A DNA stretch of 64,000 nucleotides from Raillietiella orientalis (lineage: Eukaryota), in the NCBI GenBank assembly GCA_036172245.1, contig JAYWIR010000009.1, positions 1-64,000 of the forward strand, in the 5' to 3' direction. Position 1 is the first letter of the stretch; each line of letters starts with the position of its first letter. Under the pieces are notes generated by a model. That model was given only the letters and a program-made list of their open reading frames with translations. It was not told where the DNA came from and made no database searches. The translations under genes were made by a program, and so were the position numbers. Shown here in pieces: positions 23,182 to 35,903 of the stretch.

Positions 23182-24685
23182 CGCAAGGCGCTCGTCTGAG
23201 TGGACCAGGAGCTCCTCCTGGAGCTTCTGCATCGCATGGGCTTCCTTCCTACATTAACGGCGTACCTGCGCTCCTGCTTGCGAGCCGCGTTAACAAACAT
23301 CTGTTTCAGATGGCAGAACGTGTACGGCGTGCCGGTGCGCCGCGGGATTTGGCAGGACGATAGCCTCAGTCCTCTGCTCTTTAGCACCTATTTCGAGTTG
23401 GTGCTGTGAGCATTCAGGATGACTTTTGCTGCCTTGCCATGTTCGTGGTTGGCACGCCTGCCGTGTCCGCATATGCCGACGATCTCCTGCTACTGCACCC
23501 AATGTCCGCTTCGGCAACGGCAGTCGAATATTTGCTCGACCTGCTAAGCCGTGGGACATGGCTACGTGTCAAAAGTGAAAATCGTCGATGGTGACAGTTG
23601 GACGACGTGGGTAGGACGGCCTGACTGGATCCGCCTGGGTATCCCGACTGACAAACTTCTGAAGTATTTTGGCGTTCCGCTGGGGGACTTCTGCCCGTCA
23701 GAAGCATGGTCAGGCTGTCTTCAGAAAGTGGACTTGGCGATCCGCCCGTTCCTGTAGGGGAAGTTCCACTTGCCGAAACGGGCCGCAGTATGGAACGCTT
23801 TTGCGGCTCCCTTCGCGTTCTACTTTTTGTTTGCCACGTTCCTAGAGAAATAAAAAAGAGGACCAAGGACCTCCTGCGCATCGCTCTTTGGGGCAAGGGG
23901 AGGCCCTGACTCCCTTTGATGGACTTGTGCGCTCCTCGTCGTGATGGTGGTTTAGGCCTCCTGCCGCTGGAGCGCATGGAAATTCAGCTGCGATGGCGAA
24001 CCTTGGCCATCGCAGCCAAGCTGTGGAGCACCCCCTGGTGTGTTCTCGCCCACCTCCTCGCTAGACGTGCATCCGGACCGGGAGGAATCGCATCTCTTCT
24101 ATTATGTCGTGGAAGGAAGACAAGAAGTTGCGGCCTTCTCTTCGGACGAGTAGCCACCCTGGCGAGGGAGAATGCTTGGATGATCTGCAGCCCCGTCAAC
24201 TCCAGCGCATGGCTGGATGAAACAGTTGGAACGTAAGCTGTAGTGAATAAGAGGAGCCACGTGACATGGACTAGCCTGCTACGCGGCCGATACGCCTGCT
24301 GCATTCTACGCGAGATCATGGAGTGCTCAGCCAGAAGCACGTGGGCAGAGGCGACTTGCCTGGCGTCGGTGCTACCCTTCCTACGTAGGGCAATCGTCAG
24401 CAGCCGGACGCCGAGGTGGCAGGTCTCTTGCCGTATCGCAGGCAGCGAAAAACTGTTCAGCGGTTGGACAATGGGACAGCTAGCGGACGCTACAACCCAT
24501 TACGTCCTTCCGCAAGGACTAAAAGAATGGGGCGAGCTGCTCGGCATCACGACTGATGAGCTGAAGTGACCCCCAGTAATAACTGAAACCAGTATCCTTC
24601 CCCTCAAATGGCACGATTTTGCGCTGTTGCTGTTGCACTGGGGACTGCCCTGCAATTCATGCCGTCATCACTGAACACGGGGAAG
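23182..24685 (+). mobile_element. Element M, decayed RT C-half fragment
   Basis: Starts at a degenerate RKAFD..VDQELLLEL. GIWQDDSLSP, YADD, KYFG. Ends at LHWGLPCN..HH*TRG. Confidence 0.85.
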
Positions 24686-27602
24686 TTTTCACCCGGTCAC
24701 GCCGGGGAGTTTATTAAAAAACACTTTACATTTGCAGTACTAGGTTCCGCTAAGGCAAATATTTCATGAGACCTGCCAGGAAGCCGGTTCTGAGGCCAGC
24801 TTGTCCTCCTCGGCAGCGGAGGGGATAGGAGGTAAAACAAAAAAGAAAAATAAATGAAATACCAAAAATAAACTATTTGGGGGGCTGGGAAGGGATCACA
24901 ACCCGCTAGAGGAAGAGACTGTTGTTTCCAGGATACCCTCGAGGTACCTCGTCATAGCTCCAAGATGGGACCAGCCAATCGCGATTCGCAGGTAGCGACC
25001 CGCGTGTACGATGAGATCCCTGTCGCTGCTTCCTCTGTTGGCTGCGCTCCAGGCGGCCACAATCCCTCGGAGGCAGCAGAGCGCTGCCAGGGTTAAGGCT
25101 GGTGTCAGGGCGTGTCGCACGAAGAGGAGTCTCACAACGTCTCTGGGGGTACTGCCGAACGGCATAGGGAGGGTCGTAGCATAACGTTCCCACAAGGGCC
25201 GGAGGGCAGCGCAGTCCACTAACAGATGGGGAGGGATTCCTTCTCTCCGCACACTGCACAGTTCTGTCCCACGTTCCCCAACGTCCAGTGGTGGCGGCGC
25301 GCGTTGCAGGGAAGACCCCAGTGCAACAACAACAGCGCCGTTTCCTGCCACTTGAGGGGGAGGGTAGATGCGTCTCTAAATAACGGGGGCCACTCTCGGT
25401 CATCCGCAGGGATGCCCAGCATCTCGCCCCATCTCCGTATTCAATGCGGGTGAACGCTTGGGGTTGCGGCGTCTGCCAGTTCCCTCATTGTCCACCCGCT
25501 TAGATCCTTCTCTTTGCCCGCTATCCGGCAGGAGACTTGCCATCTCGGCTTCCGGCTGTTTTGAAGCGCCCTTCGTAGGAAGGGCAGCGCTGTGGCCAGT
25601 GGGGTCGTCTCCGCCCAAGTGCTTCTGGTGGGACACACGATCATGTTCCGCAGCGTGCAGCGGGTGTAGATGCCGGTCCGCAGGCGGTTGCAGGATTCTC
25701 AACTGATGTGTTTCAAGTTTGCCCACGTTCCAACTGTTTCTTCCAGCCATGCGCTGAAGTTGGCAGGGCTGCAGGCCATCCACCCGTTCTCCTTTCCCAG
25801 GGTAGCCATGCGTCCCAGGAGAAGTCCGCATCTTTTTTTCCGGCCGGGGCACAGAAGAAAAGACGCGAGTCCTTCACTCCCGAACACACATCTGGCGAGA
25901 AGGCGGGCTGGAACGCACCAAGGGGTGTTCCACATTTTCGCTGCGATGGCTAGAGTGCGCCATCGCAGCTGTGTTTCCATTTGCTTCATCGTCAGAACGC
26001 TAAGACCTCCGTCCCAACGTGGAGCGCACAAATCCTTTAAAGGCACACGAGGCCTCCCGCCGCCCCACAGCACGATGCGTAGGAGGTCCTTTGTTCTTTT
26101 TTTCAGTTCACATGGTACAGGGCAAACAAAAAGCAGAGGGCGAAGGAGGGCCGCGAACGCGTTCCACACCGCGGCCCGTTCCGGCAAGTGAAGCTTGCCT
26201 CCCAGGAACGGACCGATCGTTGACTCCACTTTTTGGAGACGACCTGATCAGGCTTCTGACTGACAGAAGTCTCCCAACGGAACGCCGAGGTACTTTAAGT
26301 AGCTGTCCGTGGGGATCCCCATGCGGATCCAATCAGGTCGTCCTGCCCACGTAGCACCAACCGCAATCAGCGATGACTTCGTCCTGTTCACCTGTAGTCC
26401 TGTCCCACGGCTCAACAAGTCGAAGAAATCTTCGACTGCCGAAGCCGAGGCGGACAAGGGCAGCAGGAGCAAAAGATCGTCAGCGTACGCCGACACGGCC
26501 GGCGTACCTGGACACGAGCTTTCCAAAGCAGCCAATGTCACCATGTATGCTCTCAGCACCAGTTCGAAATAGGTGCTGAAGAGTAGGGGACTCAGGCTGT
26601 CGCCCTGCCGGATGCCGCGCCTCACCGGTACGCCGAACACATGCTGTCCTCTGAAAAATACGTTAATGATCGCATTGCGCCATCAGGCGCGCAGGTAACC
26701 CAGTAAAGTGTCCGGAAAGCCCATGCGATCCAGGAGTTCCAGAAGAAGTTCCTCGTCCACGCAATTGAACGCTTTGTGCAGATCGAATGCGATCGCTAAA
26801 CCCCCTTCCCTTCCCGGCATGCCCTTGTTTGCCGCGCTGGCGTTCCCAAATTAGATTTGTCGTCATTTTGTTCTTTTTTCTTCTCTTTTTCTTCGTACTG
26901 TAGATTGAACCATGTGCTGGCGAAGAACAGGTTCGCTTCCATGCTTCGCACGGGAACAACGTACGTCTGTTCCGGGCTGACGAAGCTGTCAGCTACATGT
27001 CCCAGTCGCGCAGCCCACAGTGCGACCAGCAGCTTGGCGTCCGTGATCACTATCGTGATCGGACGCCAGTTGCTTAATTTTCTGAGGTCTGCTCCCTTAG
27101 GGAGGAGCCTCACCCTGGTTGAGCGAAACGAGGAAGGAACATCGCCTTGGTCTCGGATCAACGATGTCAGTTTGAGTACCAGGGGGGTCAGCCCTGCGAC
27201 AAAGCACTGAAACAACTCCGCCGGCAGGCCGTCCTCCCCTGACGCCTTTTGAGATTTTAATCGCGGTGATGATTTCCCCGGTCGTAAAAGGCTCGTCGAG
27301 GCTTTCTTTCTCCTCCTCATCTATGGCCGGGGCTCCATCTGGAAGCAGGCGCCGCGAAGCGTCCCACTCCGCAGGTGCCCTTGCGTATAGACAGGAGTAA
27401 AATCCGCGCACGAGGCGACGCGTCGAAGCAGGCTCCGAGTGTTCCTGGTCCAAATCGTCCAGCACGCTAGTCGGTCCGGTTTGCCATGCTTGACGCTCGG
27501 CCCTGGCTTTGTATTCCGCCAAGCGACGGACGTCAGGGGTATTTGCGAAACGACGGGCGTGCAAATACGCCCTTTTGTTGCGAGCTCCTTCTCCAAATCC
27601 CC
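24686..27602 (-). mobile_element. Element G, 3' half (linker, RT, zf-RVT, 3' UTR), decayed
   Basis: Starts at GFGEGARN. RT motifs in ORFs 26796-27320 and 26248-26640. 3' AATAAACTCCCCGGCGTGACCGGGTGAAAA. Confidence 0.9.
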
Positions 27603-29990
27603 TCTGTGGAGAGAGGACGTGCTTTTCCTGCGCTCCGCCTGCGTAGCAAGGCGAGTGGTATTTTGCTGAGTGGTTTGTGCGTGCACATCGTCGGTGTCCG
27701 ATGGCAGCGTTGCCAGAGGAAACCGCGATGGAAGTAGGCGTGAGGGAGGCTTGTTCGTCCCCACAGCCTACTGGATCAGGGGCATCCGCCCCGGAATCGT
27801 CCCCTGCAACGCCGAGGTCATGGAGCGCCATGGTGGCCGCGCCTAGCGTGGAAGCGATGGCCGAGATGGAAGCCTACAAGAAAGCGGGGTATTAACCCTC
27901 GCTAGTCTACAAGGTAGGCAGCCTTTTTGATGGGCGAACTGCACGCGCCTTTAAGAAGGCGCTGCACAACGCCACTATCTTCGAAAAAGATCTCGACGGC
28001 CTCTCCGTCCTCAGCGGCGGGCAGCGGGTCGAGGTGGTATACAAAGATATCCCCTTGGCCCGACGCCTGATCACCGATCCGCTGATCGTTGATGGTCGGA
28101 AGATCTTGCCGGTGACGACGGACCGCTCGGTGGTGGTCCATCTCACTGGGATCTCCAGTCGCATGACTAGGTCAACGGCTCGTGAACAGTTGCAAAAGCA
28201 CCCAGAACTGCACGCGTTGTGGCCGAAGTCCACGATTTTCCAAGGCTACAATAGCCTTTTCGGAGGTCAAGCTGCGGCGCGTATCACCGTAAAAGAGAGT
28301 GGTGCGCTTCCCCACAAGCTGGAGGTCAGCCAAAAAGCGGTGGACCTCTGGTACGTGGGGAAAAGCCAATTTTATGGCTACTGCAATGCAGTAGGGCATC
28401 TACGAAAAAGGTGCCCGAAAATTGTGTGCCACCTATGCGGCGAAAAAGGTCACGTTCGGCGCGTGTGCCCCAAGCGCATCACCCCGGTGCCCCCTGCCGC
28501 CAAAAAGGCTCAGGGAAAACGTGGAAAGCTGATAGAAAGACCAGCTCGCGAAAATGGCCGTTCCCAACTGCCAGCCTCCCTTCCTTTCGTAGAGACGTCG
28601 GAGGAAAAAGCTCCCTTGAACGCGGAAATGGAAGAGGGTTGGCAGCTGGTTCAGGCCAGAAAAGAAAAAAATAAAAGGAAAGTGATGCCAGAAGAAAAGT
28701 CGAAGAAGAAAACTGCCGGCAACAAGAAAAAAGCCGCGCCGCTTCCAAAAAAAAAACAACTCCGCGAATGCTCGGTGGCACTAGAACGCTAAGCCGTTCC
28801 TGCCGAGGCCACCCGCGGCAATGTTCAGCAAACAGCTGATACGGACGCGATGAATACTCGCGTGGACGAGCCCATTCTACGTTTAGAGGGTGAGACGCGA
28901 GACTCGCGCGCCGACAGCCAGGACGCCGCGCTCGATAAAGTCGCGGAGGAGCCCGCGGCAACGGTCGCTGCTGGCGAAGACGCGGCCTTCCAGAAAGCGG
29001 CGGAGGAGCTCCCAGCAACACTCGCCGAGCGCGAAACCCCGTCGCGCAAGGGCGCACGCAGGTGAGCTCCGACGAAGAAGGCCCCCGCAGGTGAGTGCGA
29101 CCTGGGGGCCGGAAGCGGATCCTCCTCCTCGGAGGCACCCCCAAGGAAGTCGGGACGCAAGTCCCAGAAACCCAGGAGGAGCCTCCCCTCCACCAGCGAG
29201 GAGGAGAAGCCGGAACGAAGCGGCAGCGTGGGAATCACGGAGGGGGAACACCCACGCCCGGAAGCCGTCGAGTCGGCCACCCCCATGGAGGAGGGTGAGC
29301 ACGGGGGTGAAGTCCTCCCTGCAGTAGCGACACCTGAGCTGCCCGAACCCATGGAGGAGGGCGAACAGGTAGGCGCGACTCCACCTGCGGGTGATCCGGC
29401 CGACGCGGCGGCACCGATGGAGGAGGAAGAACAGGTGCCTCCAGTACCTGTCCCCCCTTCCCCTCCACCTAGGGTCCCGCCCCAGCATGCGGCGGACGCC
29501 TCATCGCCGTTTTCCCAGGACTAACACCTGGGCTCGCCAGTCGCCGTCGGATTCGCGCGGCCCTTGGAACGTCAACGGGCTGCGCGACGACGGCAACAGG
29601 CGAGATACGGCCGACAACCTGCCTGAGCTCGACCTGGTGCTGCTGCAGGAGATCCACGTGATCACCGCGGCAGACGCCAGGGAGATCGAGGCGATCGCGG
29701 GGGGTCGGTTGTATTGGCGATGCGGCCTCCGCAACACCTGCAGGGTGGCGTTCTTCGTGAAGCCGGCCATCGACGCTGCCGTAAAGGGCGTGCGGTTTGA
29801 TGACGACGATCGGATCGGTCAGCTGATTCTCAGCTGGTCCGATTCGATCGAACTGATCGTCACGAATGTGTACGCCCCAACCGGTGAAAAGAGATAGAGC
29901 AACAGTACCAGGTTGCTTGAATCCCTCAAGCGCGACTGGCTGGCCAACACGAACGTGCGCAAGCCTCACCTGATAGCGGGAGATTTCAAT
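27603..29990 (+). mobile_element. Family B copy 2, 5' part (5' UTR, ORF1, APE up to GDFN)
   Basis: GGACGTG at 27615. ORF1 knuckles in ORF 28034-28792. WNVNGL, LQEIH. TAG at 29895-29897. Confidence 0.88.
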
Positions 29991-32900
29991 CGAGTGCGGA
30001 CGTGTTTTTCTTCGCTCTCGTCTCCGTGCTTTCATCCGCTTCATCTTGCCGTCGTATATTTTGACGACGATGTCGACCCAACTAGAAGCTACTGAAGTTG
30101 GATGAACAGCATTCGGATCTGTAATCGCGGAACCGACGGCCGCCTCCACTTCGTCTTTCTCGCCAATAGAGAGGAGTTTTGCTGACGTTGCTGCCACAGC
30201 AGCCGTCAAAGGGAAACCACTCGACGAGTCGGAGTTGCGGGCATACGTAGCCCAAGGCTATAGACCTGCTCTCCGATAAAAGGTGAGTGGTTTTCTTTCT
30301 GCGCGCGACGGGAATCAGTTCAACGATGAACTGACCCGTGTTGGCGTGCCGGAGGAGGACCTTCTCGCCATTATGCCCGTAAAAGACATGGGCTATATCA
30401 AGTTGCGTTGCAAAGACGCTGCACTTGTGCAACGCTTGCAGCGCACCCCGTTGTCGATCCGTGGACAGAAGGTCTTCCCGGCCGCCATGGACGACTCATT
30501 TGTGGTGGAGATTTTCGACATCGAGTCGGAAATCTCCGATACTGATATTCGGAACGCGTTGGCGAAATTCGCCACGGTCCATGCGCTGTGGAGGGTGCGT
30601 AGCAACCTCAAGGACTTCCCGTCCATACACAGCGGAGTCGCTGGAGTCCGGCTTACAATGCCGGACCGCCGTCTGCTGCCCACGAAACTACAGGTGAAAG
30701 ACAGGGTCGTTCACCTGTGGTTCGTGGGCAAAGTAAAAACCTGCGAGCAATGCGGGAAGGAGGGGCATTGTTTGGATCAATGCCCCTCTGGAAAATGCCG
30801 TTATTGCAAACTATCCGGGCACCAATTGAAAAATTGCCCGGAACTTTTGCGAAAAAAGGCAGCCGCGGAGCTTCATTTTAAAAAACAAAGCGTGGATGAA
30901 AAGAAAAAATCTGCGAAAAACCTGGAGACCCCACGGCAGAAATTCGGTAAAAACGCGAGGCGGAATGTCGCCCCAAAGCAGCAGGAAACCACGCACGCGA
31001 AGCCCTCCGCACCCCCTCTCGCGGCAGGGGAGCCGCAAAAGAAAGGGTGCGGGGAATCCGGGGCAATGGTAAGTCCCCCTATGCGCAATAGCAGTCCTTC
31101 CCAAGCACGCCCGGCTCTCTCGGAGATCAAGCAACCCACGGGGACGTCAATGGACAACGGCGGTAAGGACACTTCCAGTACCGTCAGATCCATTCCTTCA
31201 CCTCCTGCAGTGGCTGAGAAGCCCAAATCGGGTAAGAAGGGTTGTGCCGTTTCGACTTCGAAAGTCGGCAAAAAAAAATCCGCGTCGCGATCCAACACCG
31301 CGAAAGCGGAGAAAAATCTCACGCCGTCGAAGTCGGAGAGCAAGCTCTCGACTGGCGCGGATGCCATGCCAACGAAGGGATTAAAAGCCCTTCCGAAAGC
31401 AGCGTCCATGACGAGCGTGTCGGAGCCATCGAAAGTGCTCCCGTCCAAATACGCGGATGGCTTCAAAGATGGCCATGGAGCACAATCTCCATTTACGGCG
31501 CCACGCGAAGTGAGGAACCATAATGAAGTAAAGAAGACTTCAGCAAAGGTCCCTCGTGCAACTGCGCGTGAGCACTCTGAAAACGCGCGCGCCGGGAAAG
31601 CAGCCGTCACCAAAAGCGATGCTCTGGTGACGGAAAACGAAAACAGGACAGCTGTCAATCTAGCAGAACCTGTCACTGCTTCGCAGAAGGCGGAAACCCG
31701 ATCGAACATGCGCCGGTCGGACTCCGAAATGGATGCCGTTCCGATCACCGAGACGAGGACAACTCGCTCGAAAGCGTGTGCGCGCCGATCAAAAGTAGGC
31801 AGCCAGGCAACGCTCGCCGCGAAGCAACGCGAAGTCTCCACGAAACCCGACGGGGTTCAGCCTGGCGTGGAGGCATTACATGCATGAAGCACGACAGAGC
31901 ACGGTGGCGACCGTCCCCTCCAGCCAGTCGTGCTGCTCGCCGTCTGCTCGCCGGATAAAGCGAGCAAAAAGCTGCCACCTTCCCAGCAGTAATGCGGGGA
32001 ATCGCGTCTTCTCGTCGTCTGTCCGTAACGTGTTGGAACGTGAACGGTCTGCACAACGACGAGAAGAGGCGATTAGTAGCCAACGCCCTGCGCCCCTTCG
32101 ACCTCGCGCTGCTGCAGGAGATTCACGTAATCTCCGACGAGCAGGCAGCCGAAATCGAGGAGCGCGCAGGCGGAACGCTACATTGGCGGTGCGGCGGCGC
32201 ACACACGTGCGGCGTCGCGTTCCTCGTAAAAGGAAAAATGGCGGAAGCGGTGCGTAGTGTTCGTTTCGATGACAACGGACGGATAGGCCTGCTTGTCATC
32301 AAGTGGTCCGAGTCCATCGATCTCGTCGTTACGAACGTCTACGCGCAGATTGGCTCTCGCTACCTCGAAGAAAGAGTAGCTTTCTTTCGTGAGGTGCAGA
32401 GCCAGTGGCTCAACAACTCCGGCTTCCAAGTGGCGCACCTCGTCGCTGGGGACTTCAACGTCCGCCTGCTCTCCGACGATTGGAGCCGCCCGAGGGAGCG
32501 CGCGCTGCCCATCGAGATGTGCGCGTCCGTGCACGCCGCCAGCTTGATGGTCAGCGGACCTGGAATGGAAAGATCGCTCGATCACGTTTTCCTCGATGAA
32601 AACCTGCATTCGCGTGTGGGTAGGAGAGGAAGATTGTTGACTAGGCTTTCTGACCACCAGAGGTTAAAGTTTGAGATCCTTCCGCCAGGCAGGGGGCCTC
32701 CGTTGCAAAACTGGAGGATGCAGGCGGATTGGCTTAGCCACCCGGAGGCTGCGAAGCATCTACGTGGATACCTCCGAGGCTTTGCCATTCAATAACTTGC
32801 GGACTGGGACGATCTCAAAAGATCTGTCCGCGAGTTCTGCTGCCAATTCCCCGTGCACCGGCTTCCACGCGGTTTTGGAGAGGGTGTGGCCAACAGTAGA

Positions 32901-35895
32901 GACTTTCTGCAGGCCCGCACGTGTTCGAGACGCGCCTATGTCGGGCGTCTGGCAGAGTACAAGGCGAGGTCCGAGCACCAGGTCTGGCAGTCCGGAGCAG
33001 CATGCCTGTTGGACGACAAGGGCCAGGAATGTTCGGCCCCAGCCGAAGTACGCCGCATTGTGAGACGCTATCACTCCTCTCTGTACGCGGAATCCCCGAC
33101 GAAGGATATTCTTTCTGAGATACTCCTGTCTCAGGATGCTCGTGTTGTCGGCGAAGAGGAACGCGAACGTCTCGACGAGCCCTTCACGGCGGATGAATTT
33201 TCGTCCGCCATCGCTGGGCTGAAGAGACGAAAGGCGCCAGGCGAGGATGGGCTCCCTGCAGAGTTTTATCAGTGCTTTGCAGTGGAGCTCATTCCCTTGA
33301 TGCTGAAACTCGCGACGCTGATGAGTGAATCCGGGAATGTCCCGGATTCCTTCCGCTCAGCGAAGGTGCGTCCCCTGCCGAAAGGCGGAGACTTGCGCCA
33401 ACTTAACAACTGGCGTCCGAGCACCTTGGTGAACTCGGACGTCAGGTTGTTTTCCAAGCTGTGGGTCGCGCGGTTAGGAAGAATCGCGGAATCTGTGGTG
33501 AGCCCGGAACAAACCTACGCGGTTCCGGGACGATCCATGCAGGCGAACATCCTTTTCGCGCGTACATGGATGCAGCTGCAGGAAGTTCTGGCGCAGCAAA
33601 GCCAGGCTTCTGCGAAAGTCACTGCCGCAGGCAAAAAGAACAGGCGCCGACGGCAGGAGGGAACGCCAGGTGCCTTGGCGGTCGCGGTCGATCTCCACAA
33701 GGCGTTCGACTGCGTAAACCAGAAGCTGCTTTTGGAGCTTATGGAACGCCTTGGGTTCCCGGCGCAACTCCTGCTGTATTTGCGCGCGTGCTGGCGCCAC
33801 GCGCTAACCTGGATCACTTTTAGCGGCTGCCGCGTGTATGGTATTCCCGTTCGTAGGGGCATCCGACAGGGCGATAGCTTAAGCCCGTTGCTCTTCAGCA
33901 TCTTCTTTGAGTTGGTGCTAAGAGCATACAGGCTGACGCTGTCTCACTTGCCAAGCTCCTGCCCGGGAACGCCTGCCGTGGCCGCCTACGCTGATGACCT
34001 GCTTCTTCTGCCCCCCATGTCCACCCCGGCGTCCAGTGTCGAGGATTTCTTCGACCTGATTCGTGGGGGAGCGGGCGTGAGCTTGAACAGAGAGAAGAGC
34101 GTGGTCGTTCCTGTGGGTACGTCGTGGGAGGGGCAGTCCGACTGGATCCGCCTGAAAAACCCCACGGGCGGGTACTTTAAGTACCTTGGTGTTCCGTTGG
34201 GCGCTTTCGACGCAGCCGAAGCGTGGGCGGACTGTCTTCAGAAAGCAGAGTTGGCCATCAGCCCGTTCTTTAACGGCAAGTTTACCTTGCAGGAACGGGC
34301 GACTATTTGGAACACCTTTGTGGCCCCCCTCCTCCGTCCCCTGTTTTTTGTTTTGGACACCCCCTGTGCGGCAAAACAGCGGGCTAAGCGCCTGCTCAGG
34401 AACGCTCTCTGGGGTCCGGCGAGATCCAGGATCCGCCTTAAATATTTGTCAGCTCCGCGTCGGGATGCTGGTTTGGGTATCCTGACAATGGAGCGAATCG
34501 GACTGCAGGTGCAGTTCCGACTGCTGGCACGGTGTGCCCAGCTATGGACATCCCCCCTGTGTGTACCAGCTCGCATTCTCCTGCGGAGATGCGCCGGCAG
34601 CGGAGGATTTCTCTCGCTTTTGCCTGGCACTCAATACAGGAAGCGGGGTTTCGGTTTTCCATTGCGGCAGTTGACCGCACTTCTGGAAGCACACTCTTGG
34701 ATCTCCTGCCGCCCAATGAACTTCGAAGCTTGGCGGCAGCAGTCTGTTGAATCCTGGGCGGCGTTCCAAGGAATACGCCCTGAAGATCTTCGCCCCCTGC
34801 GCCAATTTTTTCCACGATCCTTGGAAGTACTGCAGGACGAGGTGAAGTTTTCTACCCTGGCTGCCACGCCTCTTGCCGCAGCGCTGTCTGCCCTCAGGGC
34901 AAGAAACGACAGTTACCAACCGGCGAGGTGGGAGGTTTCCTGCACGATAGCGGGAAGAACCAAACTCCTTGGCACCTGGAAGACAAGTGAGTTGGCGGAC
35001 GCCGCCCCTCCTCGTGTTACTGCAAAGGGACTCCTCCGGTGGGCAGAAGAACTTGCTGTCACCCCCGAAGAACTTGTAGTCCCTCCACAGTGTATGGACA
35101 GTTCGCTGCTCCCCCTTGCTTGGAAACAAGCCGTGCTGCTTTTCGTTCACTGGGGTTTTCAGTGCAACGAGCGTTGGCATCGTGACTCCGGGGGACTTGC
35201 GTCTGCAAACTGCGTTCGATGCGGATCGACGGAGTCGATTCCGCACCTACTTCTGGACTGCGGTGTCCTACAAGGACTCTGGCGTAGGCTGGCAACGGCA
35301 CTATTGCATCCCGTGGACACCGCAAGAGACTTGCTGCGACGATTCTTCACGCCGAGCGGGCTTTCACTAAGCGCAAGGATTGCAACCATCGGTTGCATAC
35401 GCGCGATAGTTTCCGTCCGCCAGGCGTTGGTAATCAACGGACAGCACCAAGAGGTAATCAGCAAAGCATCCTTCTACATGGGAGCATCCGCTACATGGCC
35501 TCATTTGACAGAGGAGACAAAGAGGAATCTCGCCGCAATACACCGCCGGTTTACACACCCTCATCAGCGGCCAACCCGGTGATCATTGCCCTACCCTCCA
35601 TAAACTAAATTTGTATTTTCTTTTTACACCCGCGTCCACATAGGCTCCGGAACATTTTAGGTGCTCATCGTATAAATCCCCGTGAGTACGGAGCCTAACC
35701 AAAAACCCGTTACCCTTCCCTCCAGTTTTTGATTTTTGTTTGTTTCCCCTCATTCCCCCGACGCTGCGAGCGGTTTGTTTACCAGGCCTGCGTGCCGGTA
35801 ATTTTTCTATGTTCTCTGTCGTTCTCTTGGTTGGGGACATTGTCCCTGACCAGTTTATTATTATTAATAAACGCCCCGGCGTGACCGGGTGATAA
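29991..35895 (+). mobile_element. Element A2, full length
   Basis: ATTTCAAT at 29983-29990 and 35896-35903. Near-identical to A1. 3' hairpin 35866-35892. Confidence 0.93.
31992..35582 (+). pseudogene. A2 ORF2 (~1196 codons, single premature TAA at 32793-32795); best template for the family protein
   Basis: ORFs 31992-32795 and 32853-35582 are in the same frame. All APE, RT and zf-RVT motifs present. Confidence 0.92.
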
Positions 35896-35903
35896 ATTTC
35901 AAT

